From Chthoniobacterales bacterium (lineage in GTDB: Bacteria; Verrucomicrobiota; Verrucomicrobiia; Chthoniobacterales; UBA10450): a DNA stretch of 56,813 nt. Position 1 is the first letter of the stretch. Each line of letters starts with the position of its first letter. Location of the stretch: contig JACDHZ010000001.1 of the NCBI GenBank assembly GCA_013820755.1, forward strand, positions 1-56,813. The letters run 5' to 3'. Shown in pieces: positions 56,458 through 56,813 of the stretch. The position numbers and the translations under genes were made by a program. Below the pieces are notes generated by a model. The model searched no databases. It was not told the DNA's origin and saw nothing but the letters and a program-made list of their open reading frames with translations.

Positions 56458-56813
56458 AGCTTTAAGCGGGTACGAGGCGCGTCCGGCGGCGCTCTCACTG
56501 CTGATCGGGTGCAGAGTCCGTCGGCTGTCCGTGCTGACATCGGATTTTATCGAGCAATCATTCGTCAAAGCTGGACTTCATCCGCGCCGCCACGGCTACG
56601 AAGTTGAAGGTAAGGTCTGCGACAGCATCGAAGCGGAGATCCCCGGGATCACCGGGGAAGTGTTCATCATTGAACGATGCTCTCGATTGTGACACCGCTA
56701 CGTAGTGGCCGAGATTTCGAACGGGGGATCTCGCAGATCTGCTCGCAACACGAGCGGAATCTGAGACCGATTCTGACAGAAAGTATTCAAACGCGCGGCG
56801 CGCGCCGCGTTTC

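Noticed and set aside
56531-56812. Coding potential at the right edge: plus ORF ending 56692 versus a minus-strand frame open from the window edge to TGA 56558-56560
   Set aside because: Both frames are open with similar third-position G/C (about 61-65% by hand). No motifs are recognised. A GC-rich near-palindrome (56789-56812) sits inside the minus frame. This cannot be resolved without the flanking sequence.
54398-56813. attR-type direct repeat of the ssrA 3' end inside the window
   Set aside because: I scanned for CTCCCCTCGCCTCCA and shorter cores and found none. The island boundary therefore cannot be placed here.

Overview
A 56.8-kb, GC-rich (about 58-60% by eye), gene-dense bacterial chromosome segment with about 55 protein genes, one tRNA and the tmRNA gene. 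Gene content fits a soil Verrucomicrobia- or Planctomycete-like organism: futalosine-type menaquinone genes, a PUR-like small protein, ThuA, a ppdK-type dikinase and HemQ. I cannot confirm that taxonomy without a search.

Most of the window (about 0-49 kb) is ordinary housekeeping.
- Central and cofactor metabolism: glpX, ppdK, folP, dxs, ispF, rpiB, a UbiA-type prenyltransferase, HemQ and gcvT-gcvH.
- Nucleic-acid and translation functions: rnr, xseB, cysS, a uracil-DNA glycosylase, lhr, rarA and tRNA-Ser(GGA).
- Envelope, division and other: cdaA, a RodA/FtsW-type SEDS protein, scpA, pepF, a DnaJ/CbpA-like protein and a PilC/GspF-type platform protein.

The right end (about 49-56.8 kb) looks accessory. 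It holds a DUF1460 protein, a GT-like gene flanked by two different hairpin-repeat elements, and an AsnB-type amidotransferase plus sulfotransferase pair. These are followed by ssrA (tmRNA), a heavily decayed tyrosine integrase and AT-richer cargo that runs off the window.

I found no CRISPR array, intact mobile element, prophage or recognisable defence system. I cannot point to a convincing multi-gene novel system. The best leads are:
- a 49-codon CdaR-like membrane-anchor ORF hidden in the 3' end of cdaA;
- the sulfotransferase/AsnB/GT-like cluster next to ssrA, with its repeat elements;
- the ssrA island remnant and its cargo;
- a degenerate MBL-fold gene translationally coupled to the UbiA prenyltransferase;
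- a PUR-like nucleic-acid-binding gene directly after RNase R.

Three unrelated genes show decay: the radical-SAM mqn gene, a glycosyltransferase and the integrase. The glycosyltransferase and integrase carry many lesions each; the mqn gene carries one clear frameshift plus a possible internal deletion. This points either to real gene decay or to assembly errors. All product calls rest on motifs I read in the translations. No database search was run.
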